From contig JAUCBJ010003593.1 of NCBI GenBank assembly GCA_032718475.1, positions 1 to 64,000 on the forward strand: 64,000 nucleotides of DNA. The letters run 5' to 3'. Source of the stretch: Nemertoderma westbladi. Its lineage: Eukaryota; Animalia; Xenacoelomorpha. The position numbers were made by a program, and so were the translations under genes. Under the pieces are notes generated by a model. That model saw only the letters and a list, made by a program, of their open reading frames with translations, did no database searches and had not been told where the DNA came from. Each line of letters begins with the position of its first letter. Within the stretch, counting starts at the first letter, position 1. Shown here one piece after another: positions 1-13,100 of this stretch.

Positions 1-214
1 ATTGTTTTGCGTGGTGAAAATATATTTTGGTGTTTGATTAAATTTATTCGGGATGACTTTATTTTATTTGGTGTTTAATAAAAAATTTTTTTGTGAAATT
101 TTCATCAATTTTGGTGTGACTTTAATTTGTAGCCTATTTAATATTATATCAAATTATATTGATTAAATAAATAAATAAATGGAAAATACAAATTTAAATT
201 GTAAAAAAACATAC

Positions 215-361
215 CATTGGAAATGCCTTCGCTGCAGGAACCTTGGCAAACATGTATCTGAGGTCCAGGTCTCGATAAACAAAACACACCTTCACTTTTC
301 TCAAACATTAATGGCTCATCATCTAAGTCCATGGGACTGCTTGTCTTACAGAGTGTGTAGG
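215..361 (-). CDS. Exon: N-terminal part of C-terminal cystine knot (CTCK)
   Basis: cctag| (A)YTLCKTSSPMDLDDEPLMFEKSEGVFCLSRPGPQIHVCQGSCSEGISN |gtatgt. Contains the CxGxC knot motif; phase 1/1. Confidence 0.8.
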
Positions 362-643
362 CTAGGAAATACAATTAATACCGGTATTCATGTTAGGAAA
401 AATTGTATAAAAATTGAAATGTATATTATATTAATAAGAACATTGTTTTATGGGGATATAAAACAACCTGCAATTAAAACACCACACCATAATAGTACAC
501 AGTAGTAAATAATGTGTTATCCAATAATAGATTGTGAAGGAAGGATGGTGGGGGAGGGAATTAATATTTTAATAAAGCAGTAGTAGCAATTGGATATATA
601 CTGTAGGTTATTAGTTACTACTGGTTGTGGTGTAAGTACCTAC

Positions 644-771
644 CTATGGGGACACATAGTCCGCAACATGGGTCCTCAATGGAGGGAACCCCAGTTCGGT
701 CTGTACCCTCGGCGCACGGTGGACATTGGTGGGGCTCTCCGTTACATTCAGGCAGCCCATCGACACATTCG
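644..771 (-). CDS. Exon: VWC domain, second half
   Basis: ttcag| (C)ECVDGLPECNGEPHQCPPCAEGTDRTGVPSIEDPCCGLCVPI |gtaggt. Contains the CCxxC motif; phase 2/1. Confidence 0.85.
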
Positions 772-1431
772 CTGAAACAAAACAAATATTGCGACTGGAC
801 TGTGGGGTATAGGACGTGGGAGAACGTATTAACATAAGAACATAATTAGAACATAATAATTATTATATAGTTACCGGTAGATTGTAAAAAATTGGAGGAG
901 GGGGGGTCTAATTGGCCCAGAAAGCTCACGAAAATCTTAGTAGTTTTTCAACCTGTCTGCGGGTGTAGACCTTCAATATATTACTCCTCACATTCCACAA
1001 TGTTCTTCCGACACAATTCATAAAATTATATGGCAAGAAAGCAAAGCTTATGGTGCCCATAAAACAGAAAAATGAACATACAGACATTCAGGAATCTAAC
1101 ATATGGTGGAACAAGTAAAATAGTATTAGACGAATAGATGCATAATTAAAGTAAGTAGATGCTAAAAATTATTACCGTAACTACAGGAAGTAGCATTTCA
1201 AGCAAACGTAGTTCTCCAGAAATAAAGTAAAGATTCATATTATTAAACTAAAATATGGATAATAATATTTACAAAATTAAGTAGATATGTCGGGCAAAAT
1301 TGTACTGTCAAATAAAAATGTTGGGTAAATGTTGTGCTGTCATCAAATAAAAATACGTAAAATTAAAATTGTAAAATTTAAATTGAATTGAAAGAAAATT
1401 GAAATGATTAATCTAAATGAAATTGAATATT

Positions 1432-3828
1432 CAATAATGCAACTGTGTACTGGACTATGACGAGTCGAAACAACCAATAATGCAACTGTGTACTGGACTA
1501 TGACGAGTCGAAACAACCAATAATGCAACTGTGTACTGGACTATGACGAGTCGAAACAACCGATAATGCAACTGTGTACTGGACTATGACGAGTCGAAAC
1601 AACCAATAATGCAACTGTGTACTGGACTATGACGAGTCGAAACAACCAATAATGCAACTGTGTACTGGACTATGACGAGTCGAAATAACCAATAATGCAA
1701 CTGTGTACTGGACTATGACGAGTCGAAACAACCAATAATGCAACTGTGTACTGGACTATGACGAGTCGAAACAACCAATAATGCAACTGTGTACTGGACT
1801 ATGACGAGTCGAAACAACCAATAATGCAACTGTGTACTGGACTATGACGAGTCGAAACAACCAATAATGCAACTGTGTACTGGACTATGACGAGTCGAAA
1901 CAACCAATAATGCAACTGTGTACTGGACTATGACGAGTCGAAACAACCAATAATGCAACTGTGTACTGGACTATGACGAGTCGAAACAACCAATAATGCA
2001 ACTGTGTACTGGACTATGACGAGTCGAAACAACCAATAATGCAACTGTGTACTGGACTATGACGAGTCGAAACAACCAATAATGCAACTGTGTACTGGAC
2101 TATGACGAGTCGAAACAACCAATAATGCAACTGTGTACTGGACTATGACGAGTCTAAACAACCAATAATGCAACTGTGTACTGGACTATGACGAGTCGAA
2201 ACAACCAATAATGCAACTGTGTACTGGACTATGACGAGTCTAAACAACCAATAATGCAACTGTGTACTGGACTATGACGAGTCGAAACAACCAATAATGC
2301 AACTGTGTACTGGACTATGACGAGTCGAAACAACCAATAATGCAACTGTGTACTGGACTATGACGAGTCGAAACAACCAATAATGCAACTGTGTACTGGA
2401 CTATGACGAGTCTAAACAACCAATAATGCAACTGTGTACTGGACTATGACGAGTCTAAACAACCAATAATGCAACTGTGTACTGGACTATGACGAGTCGA
2501 AACAACCAATAATGCAACTGTGTACTGGACTATGACGAGTCGAAACAACCAATAATGCAACTGTGTACTGGACTATGACGAGTCTAAACAACCAATAATG
2601 CAACTGTGTACTGGACTATGACGAGTCGAAACAACCAATAATGCAACTGTGTACTGGACTATGACGAGTCGAAACAACCAATAATGCAACTGTGTACTGG
2701 ACTATGACGAGTCTAAACAACCAATAATGCAACTGTGTACTGGACTATGACGAGTCTAAACAACCAATAATGCAACTGTGTACTGGACTATGACGAGTCG
2801 AAATAACCAATAATGCAACTGTGTACTGGACTACGACGAGTCGAAATAACCAATAATGCAACTGTGTACTGGACTATGACGAGTCGAAACAACCAATAAT
2901 GCAACTGTGTACTGGACTACGACGAGTCGAAATAACCAATAATGCAACTGTGTACTGGACTATGACGAGTCGAAATAACCAATAATGCAACTGTGTACTG
3001 GACTACGACGAGTCGAAATAACCAATAATGCAACTGTGTACTGGACTATGACGAGTCGAAACAACCAATAATGCAACTGTGTACTGGACTATGACGAGTC
3101 GAAACAACCAATAATGCAACTGTGTACTGGACTATGACGAGTCGAAACAACCAATAATGCAACTGTGTACTGGACTATGACGAGTCGAAACAACCAATAA
3201 TGCAACTGTGTACTGGACTATGACGAGTCGAAACAACCAATAATGCAACTGTGTACTGGACTATGACGAGTCGAAACAACCAATAATGCAACTGTGTACT
3301 GGACTATGACGAGTCGAAACAACCAATAATGCAACTGTGTACTGGACTATGACGAGTCGAAACAACCAATAATGCAACTGTGTACTGGACTATGACGAGT
3401 CGAAACAACCAATAATGCAACTGTGTACTGGACTATGACGAGTCGAAACAACCAATAATGCAACTGTGTACTGGACTATGACGAGTCGTAACAACCAATA
3501 ATGCAACTGTGTACTGGACTATGACGAGTCGAAACAACCAATAATGCAACTGTGTACTGGACTATGACGAGTCGAAACAACCAATAATGCAACTGTGTAC
3601 TGGACTATGACGAGTCGAAACAACCAATAATGCAACTGTGTACTGGACTATGACGAGTCGAAACAACCAATAATGCAACTGTGTACTGGACTATGACGAG
3701 TCGAAACAACCAATAATGCAACTGTGTACTGGACTATGACGAGTCGAAACAACCAATAATGCAACTGTGTACTGGACTATGACGAGTCGAAACAACCAAT
3801 AATGCAACTGTGTACTGGACTATGACGA
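1432..3828. repeat. Intronic minisatellite, 43-bp unit, ~56 copies
   Basis: Unit AATAATGCAACTGTGTACTGGACTATGACGAGTCGAAACAACC, head-to-tail with no spacers and only a few point variants. Confidence 0.97.
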
Positions 3829-4330
3829 TCAGGTAAAACAAAATAAATAATGTAGATATAATAAAATTTATAAAATAATGTTGATGCGAGGAGAATTATA
3901 AAAATGTTACAAAAAGTATACAATAATCAATTAATTAGGTTACGTATAAATAGTTTGAACAACGCGGAGTTACGCACAAATCTTGATAAAAAAAAAGGGA
4001 AAATTATTATAAAGACTCTGGTTCAGCCACCAGATTGGTGTGAACTCCGAGGTCGTCATTAAGTAATTTAAGGAGTGATGACTTGAAGACGTTCACAGAT
4101 TCTGAGGTGACGCCATTGTTCGGTAAGTCATTCTCATTACAGTGAATCGAGTATTATTATCCAAAATCAACGTTTCTATACCACTGGGGTACCATCATCA
4201 GGACAAATTACGGTAATCAAACCAACTTGTACCTCAATAATAGATAGAAACGTAATAGAAGTGCGGTGGGACTACAGTACAAAGGTAGGCCTACCTCGAC
4301 TACAGTATGCAGGCGAAGTCACACTCACAC

Positions 4331-4608
4331 AGAATTGATCGGAAAGTTAAGGTGTGATTATTTAGAGCAGCAGTAGTGCCAGTACTCCTCTATAGGAGTC
4401 CATGCTGGGCTCTAACTGCCGAGGACACCAAATCTCTGGATGGCACATTCACAAGAATGCTACGCCGGGTTCATTGTGTCACGTACAATGAACACATCTC
4501 CAACCAGACACTATATAACATTGGAGGTGTCTCATTGGTTCCTCCAAGCTTCACACTAGAACAAAGCCGTTTTGCAAGACATTGCCTTCTCCTTGAGGAC
4601 TAGCCTGT
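4331..4608 (+). mobile_element. RTE-clade LINE fragment (same family as 38914-40649)
   Basis: Near-identical to 40143-40428 (PVLLYxSPCWALTAEDTKSLDGTFTRMLRRVH). Confidence 0.88.
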
Positions 4609-4784
4609 GCACCTGCACAGTCTTCTGATTTGGTTTCAATGCAGCAGGCCGATTATAGTAGTACAGTAGGTCTATGCAGATACAGTATACAGTACAGTAG
4701 AAATGAAAAAATGGTGGAGATTGGAAAGGCTGAACCCACAAAATACTGCTGAATATACTGTTGATGATGGGGTATGGTACATAC

Positions 4785-4940
4785 CATATGGAGCATTCAT
4801 TGTGTGGGTCGTCCCATGTTTCTCCTGGGAGGTAATGATGGTTCCCTATAATACAGGCTGCCTCGCATTCTTCGGGTAGACAATCTCTTGTATCTTCTAG
4901 AGGCTGATGATCACCAACAACTCCATGTGTGTATAACGTT
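4785..4940 (-). CDS. Exon: end of TSP1 and start of VWC
   Basis: tctag| (R)TLYTHGVVGDHQPLEDTRDCLPEECEAACIIGNHHYLPGETWDDPHNECSI(C) |gtatgt; phase 2/2. Confidence 0.87.
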
Positions 4941-5809
4941 CTAGAAAATAGAAAAAATTAACTTGATATCCGCTGATTATTGGGTAGGAAGGTTTATTTA
5001 CGAGACAGGGGGGGGGGGGGGGGGGATTGGACGCAAATCCCATCTTGGCGAATTAATATCCCGCCTCAATGTTAAATTCTCAATGTTAAATTCTCAATTT
5101 AGGGAAAGGAGCAGGTTACAGTGGCACGTTATTTTAACCAAAACAATAATCTAAACACAATAGAACAGGTTACAGTTTTATTTTTGAGTATAATCAGCTG
5201 TTATTTGCGTCGAATTTCCCCTGGATAGGGATGAATTTTTATTGCTTCTAGTCTCCCCCCTATCTGTTATTTACATATCACTGCCATACATAAAGTAGCG
5301 AGGTTTATTGTTTAGGTTGATAACATTATATTTACTGCATGGTGTTAATTAAGTATGATTTTATACATAGGCCAATAATTGAACAGTAGGAAATTGCGCT
5401 GCAAAATTCTCATTGAATCACATCAGATATTCTGTCATACACACCTACTGGCCATTATGCGTCGTATTATTTCCTAAAACTGAATCGCAATTAATCAGAC
5501 TTATAAATATATTAAAATTTATTTATTATATTAATTTATTCAAAACTGAATAATATAGATAACAAAAATTATTACATTATCTCACAAAAACTACCGGTAC
5601 CGGTACGGTAGTTATTATGTTTCGAATTAATTATATTGTATAAGTTTTAAATGTAAGTGGCTCACAGCGTGTCACATTCAGATGCACCGCAGATGGACCT
5701 GTGTAGTGCCGAGGCTTTGTTAGCACAAATCGGAGCAACTGTACGCGACACAAAACATCAACATACAAAAAAATAGTTTCTTAAAATAATTGATTGTGCA
5801 TCGTCTCAC

Positions 5810-5932
5810 CTGTGTCGCTTTTGTTCTCCACATTCGTGGTCGCAACGATCCCACTCTCCCCAGGGCCCGACACTGCAGTAGCACTCCTCCTGAGTCAGTC
5901 CCGTGCAAACCATTACATACCCGACACATTCA
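5810..5932 (-). CDS. Exon: end of VWC-like domain and start of TSP1
   Basis: tacag| (C)ECVGYVMVCTGLTQEECYCSVGPWGEWDRCDHECGEQKRH(R) |gtgaga. Contains the WxxWxxC TSP1 motif; phase 2/2. Confidence 0.87.
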
Positions 5933-7145
5933 CTGTACATAAATTTAACTTACAAATATTATCTGAACTTTAAATATTTTATTTTGTATATTTAATTTAT
6001 TTCAGTGTAGTAGCATATATGGTATGTAGCTAATTATCATTGTATTGTATTTCATCCTGTTACGTTTATGTTTTTTTTCAATAAAATGTTAAATTATACT
6101 ATTTCAGTATTTTAGGTTAATGTTATTACTGTAAATTGCTTAGATGCCTGCCGACCCAGATACAATTTCGCAACTTGTATGCCTAGGCAACAGCTATATG
6201 GCGACTTGGCTTCCTTTGGGGGAGCAAATAGAAAGACAAAGATATTTACAGAGTGTTCAGCCTTGTGAGTTATTGTGGCGGCATCCATGCCTTGTATGTA
6301 ATAGCCAAGAGAGAGAGAGAGAGCCTTCGAGTTGCCCCGGTGTTTCGTGTTTAACTTGAACCGCTTTGAACATCCAAGAAAATTCTTTCCCTTTATTTTT
6401 GTATTGAGCTTACAGTATCTATTTGCAGGAGATTTGGCGGGTAATTTGAATTGTATTATTCTTGTTAGGTATGTTTATTACACTACATTATTGTACCGTT
6501 AATTTTGCGCTGAAGATGTTATTAGAATATAACGAAACGTCCGTTTTTGCATTGTAAGCTTATTATTTTTAATATGTTTTCAACATTCTACCAACTTGTT
6601 CTTGTAATTTTGACTCCATTACGATTTAGATTCCCCTCTGGGACCTCGTTAACTTTTTAGATTAGTCCAGGGATATATGGAGTGACTTTTTTTATTGGCT
6701 ATTTTTATGTAAGAGTTTGGAATCGTCAAATCGCCCATTAACCCCTTTCGCTTCGTGTTTTAGATAACTACAGGGTCATGTCAGAGAAAGGTAGAAAGGG
6801 CTGCTTATAATACAAATATTTTACAATATAACACTGTACAAAATACGATAACAATATCAACAAACTGTTTAATAGTGCACGGCTATCAGCTCGTACGGTA
6901 TTTTAGTTATAACAACTCGAACCGTTTGGAACGCGCTTGATTGCGGGATCCACTGCTGTCTTATACATATTTATAATATTGTTGACTGTGATTGTGATCT
7001 GTTTTATAATTATTGTTGTTAGTATACCCTCTGCATGACTCTTTGTTAGAATGGGGCACGTAAATAAACCATGTTATATTATTATCAAGAGTAATAAGTA
7101 AATGATATTAAATGTTCAATATATACAGTACGGCAGAATACGTAC

Positions 7146-7389
7146 CAAGTCCTATTACCGCAGTCTGTGAATGTCACTTCTTTGTAATCGAGAGGGAATC
7201 CGTTCCCTGTTTCATCGTAACATTCGGTGCAAGCATCGACACATTCACCGTGTTGGTCTTCCATCTGCCCCAGTGGACAGCAGCAACCATGATGGCAATC
7301 CGCCTCGTCCACACAACTATCCCCCTGCCCGTCGCACATACGGTTGCACTCGTTTGCGCAATCGCATGGTACCTTCGGGTAGTCACATT
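7146..7389 (-). CDS. Exon: TIL domain and start of VWC/TILa-like domain
   Basis: ctcag| (E)CDYPKVPCDCANECNRMCDGQGDSCVDEADCHHGCCCPLGQMEDQHGECVDACTECYDETGNGFPLDYKEVTFTDCGNRT(C) |gtacgt; phase 1/2. Confidence 0.88.
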
Positions 7390-9210
7390 CTGAGAAAAGA
7401 ATATTATATTATTATAATATTATTATAACTGGAAATGGTAATCAAGTTTTCATCACCATCACCCAAATTTAAATAGTGAACAATGCAATTAGCAATTTGT
7501 GGGTGATATTTAATTGGTTGATTTTTAAGGTTTTTTTTCTAATTAATCTGACTGCGTACTGGTATACTATCTGATCACTTACTGTGATACTGACGATACT
7601 GTCAATACTTTAATTAAGTACTACTGCTATTCAATATTTGATTCAATGCAATGTAAAGTTAAAGCTACGAAATAGCCAATATGTTTGCCACTATATGATT
7701 ATTAAGGCCTACCAACTGTTACCTATACTTAATGCCTACCTTGCATTATGTATAATAGCGTAATGGACACAGGGGCGCAGCCATACGTTCCCGTAAGTGG
7801 GGGGGGGGGTGGGGGGACGATAAAATAATTTTAAAAAATAGTTTTACAAATCTTAATGATATTTTAATGAAATTTGAAACTGAGATGGTTTCAAAATTTT
7901 CGAAAAAATTGTGTTGTGTTGAATTGTGTTGAATTACTGATGTTCTGTACCTTACCGGTAAAAGGATTGCAGATATCTGATACAGTAGCAACAATCAGAC
8001 TGCAGTATGTCAAGGCCTAGTAAAATGGCTAAGGCTGCAATACGCCGTCACCCACTTATGGATGTCGGGCGACACCAGCGAGAGGAGGTTGACCGAGACA
8101 TTGCCAGTGAAGTTGCCCAAATCTCAGAGGATGTGGATAGGCCTACTCGTCAGCCTCGTCGAAAAAGATAACCAGTACCGGTACCGGTACAGTACCGGTA
8201 CAGTACCGGTAGATTCCGATAAGGTTTCTGGATTAATTTTTTCGCAATAATATTACCGACTATGTAGATCAAAAATATATTATTGAATTAAAATACTAAA
8301 AGTATGCCATATAGGGGACCGCTAAAAATGCCAGAAACGGATTTAGCGTCCAAAAAAACCCCAGGTATTGAAAATTTCTATAAACACATTGTCAGAAGCG
8401 ATACAGTCATACAGATACAGACATAATCCTGTAATCTATAAAATCTTGTTTTGCAATCTTAAACTGTGTTTTTCTCAATAACATTTTTTTTTCATTTTTC
8501 CAGCACTAACAACCCTAGGCCTACTAGTCCGCCAGTTTTTAAGAATTTACCTTGAAATTTGAACACAACATACAGGACATGACAGGGATTCGATATTATA
8601 GAAGACATTTTGAGATTCGTATTGCAGCGCTGGTTTTTTGTAAAAATGTAGAACTTTTTTTACGAAATTCAAATTTTCGACATTTCTCAGGTTGAAGACA
8701 AAATATGAAAAAATCCTCTATAATTATTAATAAACGTTGTCTAAAGAAGCCCTCCAGCAAATTTCGAGTTACCTCGATAATTTGTAACGAAGCCTTAAGA
8801 GTTTTGACGAAAATTCTAAAAATTCGAATAAAATTGGCGGGAAATTCAAAATCGAATATTTCTTTATAAATTCGCCTTAGCAATTATATAAGACATATGC
8901 ATGGCAAATTTCAAGCCAAATTTATTGAACCAAATGCATTTCAGACACCAAAAACTGAAGGTGTGTCAAAAAGGTGTACCCCCCCTTAACTAGACCAGGC
9001 AGCAGCTTGGTTTAGTGACATTCCTGGATCTTCTAAAATTTATCACATAGTAGCCTATGTGTTAGCAGAGGCATATAATTCTTATGTGACAAAAGAATCC
9101 ATTCAAATCGCATATTGTTTCTTCCAACAATCAACTTTCAATGTTTTCGTGACAACACTTATCCCATAACGAAGCTGTCGATTCCCAAAGTCGTCAACAC
9201 ATATTGGAAG

Positions 9211-9494
9211 AACCAGCCCAAGTGCTGCGAACCAGACCTAGTGCTGCGAGCCAGCCCTAGTGCTGCGAACCAACCCTAGTGCTGCGAACCAACCCTAGTG
9301 CTGCGAATCAGCCCTAGTGCTGCGAACCTACCGTAGTGCTGCGAACCAACCCTAGTGCTGCGAACCAGCCCTAGTGCTGCGAACCAGCCCTAGTGCTGCG
9401 AACCAACCCTAGTGCTGCGAACCAACCCTAGTGCTGCGAACCAACCCTAGTGCTGCGAACCAACCCTAGTGCTGCGAACCAACCCTAGTGCTGC
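9211..9494. repeat. Intronic minisatellite, 19-bp unit, ~15 copies
   Basis: Unit CAACCCTAGTGCTGCGAAC with CAG/CAA variants. Confidence 0.93.
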
Positions 9495-9580
9495 TTGCTA
9501 TAAGCGTCTTCTCTTCAGTACACCACTTCCTAATATTATATCTACAGCAACACCAAAGAACGCGATTAATAAATACTTAC

Positions 9581-9739
9581 CGCAATCTATTGTGCAGACT
9601 TGACTCTCAATCTCAGTGCTTAGTGCAACAAGTTCGTTAATATTTTCGTCGAGTAGCAAGCACTCTCGGATCCGTGTTTGCAACCCATGCTGACTGCATG
9701 TTGCGTTGCACTCAGAGAAATCACCCCATACATCCCAAG
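9581..9739 (-). CDS. Exon: TSP1 domain
   Basis: tttag| (S)WDVWGDFSECNATCSQHGLQTRIRECLLLDENINELVALSTEIESQVCTIDC |gtaagt; phase 1/1. Confidence 0.9.
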
Positions 9740-10166
9740 CTAAAAATAATTAGGAAATGTGTGGATTTTTTGTTTATGTTGTAGTGGACTAAGAAATCAT
9801 AATTACAGTCACAAGGAGAACTTTACTACAAATAAACATGTCATACATATTCTCTGCTGCTAAAATATAATGGGTAGGCCTACATGCTTTAATAATAGTC
9901 TGACAAATTTGGCGTGCAATAGTATTATCAATGTTAATTTGTGAAGCATAGTTCTACCAAACGCAAAGGGCCTACATAAAACACTTATATCAGTCATCAA
10001 TACTGCAACACTAGGCCTATATTTATTACCTATACAATACACCTAATCAGGTACCGTAGTGTTGTACCGTAATAAGAATGTGGGGCGAATTATGCATGTC
10101 CATTTTGCAAATTATTAATGATGTAATATGAATAATCTTATACAATCATCTAATTCAAATACTTAC

Positions 10167-13100
10167 AGCATTCTGGGTTTGGAGGTAATGTGCTAGTTGA
10201 TTCGCCGCAGTGGTCTTCACATGTGAACATACCATCTATACAAATGCACTGTGTGCAGTCACCAACATAAACAACTGTATCCGGGGAGTACCATGGCAAT
10301 GTAGTAAATTCGTTCTCATTGGGAATAACAAAAGTAGTAATGGGTGGTGCAACAGTGCCTTCTCCTCCTGGTGCTGGTGCACCTGGTGCTGGTGCACCTG
10401 GTGCTGGTGCACCTGGTGCTGGTGCTCCTGGTTCTGGTGCTGGTGTACCTGCTCCTCCTGGTGCTGGTGTACCTGCTCCTCCTGGTGCTGGTGTACCTGC
10501 TCCTCCTGGTGCTGGTGTACCTGCTCCTCCTGGTGCTGGTGTACCTGCTCCTCCTGGTGCTGGTGTACCTGATACTCCTGGTGCTGGTGTACCTGCTCCT
10601 CCTGGTGCTGGTGTACCTGCTCCTCCTGGTGCTGGTGTACCTGCCCCTCCTGGTGCTGGTGTACCTGCTCCTCCTGGTGCTGGTGTATCTGCTCCTCCTG
10701 GCGCTGGTGTACCTGCTCCTCCTGGTGCTGGTGTACCTGCTCCTCCTGGTGCTGGTGTACCTACTTCTCCTGGTGCTGGTGTAACGGCTCCTGCTGGTGC
10801 TGGTGTGCCTGCTTCTCCTGGTGCTGGTGTACCTGATACTCCTGGTGCTGGTGTACCTGCTCCTCCTGGTGCTGATGTACCTGCTTCTCCTGGTGCTGGT
10901 GTACCTGCTCCTCCTGGTGCTGGTGTACCTGCTCCTCCTGGTGCTGGTGTACCTGCTCCCCCTGGTGCTGGTGTACCTGATACTCCTGGTGCTGGTGTAC
11001 CTGATACTCCTGGTGCTGGTGTACCTGCTCCTCCTGGTGCTGGTGTACCTGCTCCTCCTGGTGCTGGTGTGCCAACTCCTGGTGGAGGTGTTACAACTCC
11101 TTCCAGTGGAGGTGGTATTGCGCCTTCTCCTCCTGGTGAAGGTGGTGGTGCACCCGCTCCTCCTGGTGAAGGTGGTGGTGCACCTGCTCCTCCTGGTGAA
11201 GGTGGTGGTGCACCTGGTCCTCCTGGTGCTGGTGTACCTGCTCCTCCTGGTGCTGGTGTACCTGCTCCTACTGGTGCTGGTGTACCTGCTCCTCCTGGTG
11301 CTGGTGTACCTGCTCCTCCTGGTGATGGTGTACCTGCTCCTCCTGGTGCTGGTGTACCTGCTCCTCCTGGTGCTGGTGTACCTGCTACTCCTGGTTCTGG
11401 TGTACCTGCTCCTCCTGGTGCTGGTGTACCTGCTTCTCCTGGTGCTGGTGTACCTGCTCCTCCTGGTGCTAGTGTACCTGTTCCTCCTGGTGCTGGTGTA
11501 CCTGATACTCCTGGTGCTGGTGTACCAGCTCCTCCTGGTGCTGGTGTACCAGCTCCTACTGGTGCTGGTGTACCTGCTCCTCCTGGTGCTGGTGTACCTG
11601 CTTCTCCTGGCGCTGGTGTACCTGATACTCCTGGTGCTGGTGTACCTGCTCCTCCTGGTGCTGGTGTACCTGATACTCCTGGTGCTGGTGTACCTGCTTC
11701 TCCTGGTGCTGGTGTACCTGCTCCTCCTGGTGCTGGTGTACCAGCTCCTACTGGTGCTGGTGTACCTGCTTCTCCTGGCGCTGGTGTACCTGATACTCCT
11801 GGTGCTGGTGTCCCTGCTCCTCCTGGTGCTGGTGTACCTGTTCCTCCTGGTGCTGGTGTCCCTGCTCCTCCTGGTGCTGATGTACCTGCTTCTCCTGGTG
11901 ATGGTGTACCTGCTCCTCCTGGTGCTGGTGTACCTGATACTCCTGGTGCTGGTGTACCTGCTCCTCCTGGTACTGGTGTACCAGCTCCTACTGGTGCTGG
12001 TGTACCTGCTCCTCCTGGTGCTGGTGTACCTGCTCCTCCTGGTGCAGATGTACCTGCTCCTCCTGGTGCTGGTGTACCTGCTCCTCCTGGTGCTGGTGTA
12101 CCTGCTCCTCCTGGTGCTGGTGTACCTGCTTCTCCTGGTGCTGGTGTACCTGCTTCTCCTGGTGCTGGTGTACCTGCTCCTCCTGGTGCTGGTGTACCTG
12201 CTTCTCCTGGTGCTGGTGTACCTGCTTCTCCTGGTGCTGGTGTACCTGATACTCCTGGTGATGGTGTACCTGCTTCTCCTGGTGCTGGTGTACCTGCTCC
12301 TCCTGGTGCTGGTGTACCTGCTCCTCCTGGTACTGGTGTGCCAACTCCTGGTGGAGGTGTTACAACTCCTTCCAGTGGAGGTGGTATTGCGCCTGCTCCT
12401 CCTGGTGAAGGTGGAGGTGCACCCGCTCCTCCTGGTGAAGGTGGTGGTGCACCTGCTCCTCCTGGTGAAGGTGGTGGTGTACCTGCTCCTCCTGGTGCTG
12501 GTGTACCTGCTCCTCCAGGTGCTGGTGTACCTGCTTCTCCTGGTACTGGTGTACCTGCTCCTCCTGGTGCTGGTGTACCTGCTCCACCTGGTGCTGGTGT
12601 ACCTGATACTCCTGGCGCTGGTGTACCTGCTTCTCCTGGTGCTGGTGTACCTAATACTCCTGGTGCTGGTGTACCTGCTCCTCCTGGTGCTGGTGTACCT
12701 GATACTCCTGGTGCTGGTGTACCTGTTGCTCCTGGTGCTGGTGTACCTGCTTCTCCTGGCGCTGGTGTACCTGCTTCTCCTGGTGCTGGTGTACCTGCTC
12801 CTCCTGGTGCTGGTGTACCTGCTCCTCCAGGTGCTGGTGTACCTGCTCCTCCTGGTGCTGGTGTACCTGCTTCTCCTGGAGTTGGTGTACCTGCTCCTCC
12901 TGGTGCTGGTGTACCTACTCCTCCTGGTGCTGGTGTACCTGCTCCTCCTGGTGCTGGTGTACCTGCTTCTCCTGGTGCTGGTGTACCTGCTCCTCCTGGT
13001 GCTGTTGTACCTGCTCCTCCTGGTGCTGGTGTACCTGCTTCTCCTGGTGATGATGTACCTGATACTCCTGGTGCTGGTGTACCTGCTTCTCCTGGTGCTG

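Noticed and set aside
1432-3828. CRISPR-like array
   Set aside because: No unique spacers and no cas genes; the context is a eukaryotic intron.
8290-8989. ORF 8596-8883 and a possible DNA-transposon end (CCCCCCCTTAA)
   Set aside because: AT-rich low-information ORF; no matching second terminus or TSD found.
9090-9210. Minus-strand peptide LPICVDDFGNRQLRYG... resembling a Cys-domain exon
   Set aside because: It runs into a stop, has no convincing splice sites, and the flanking exons already join in phase.
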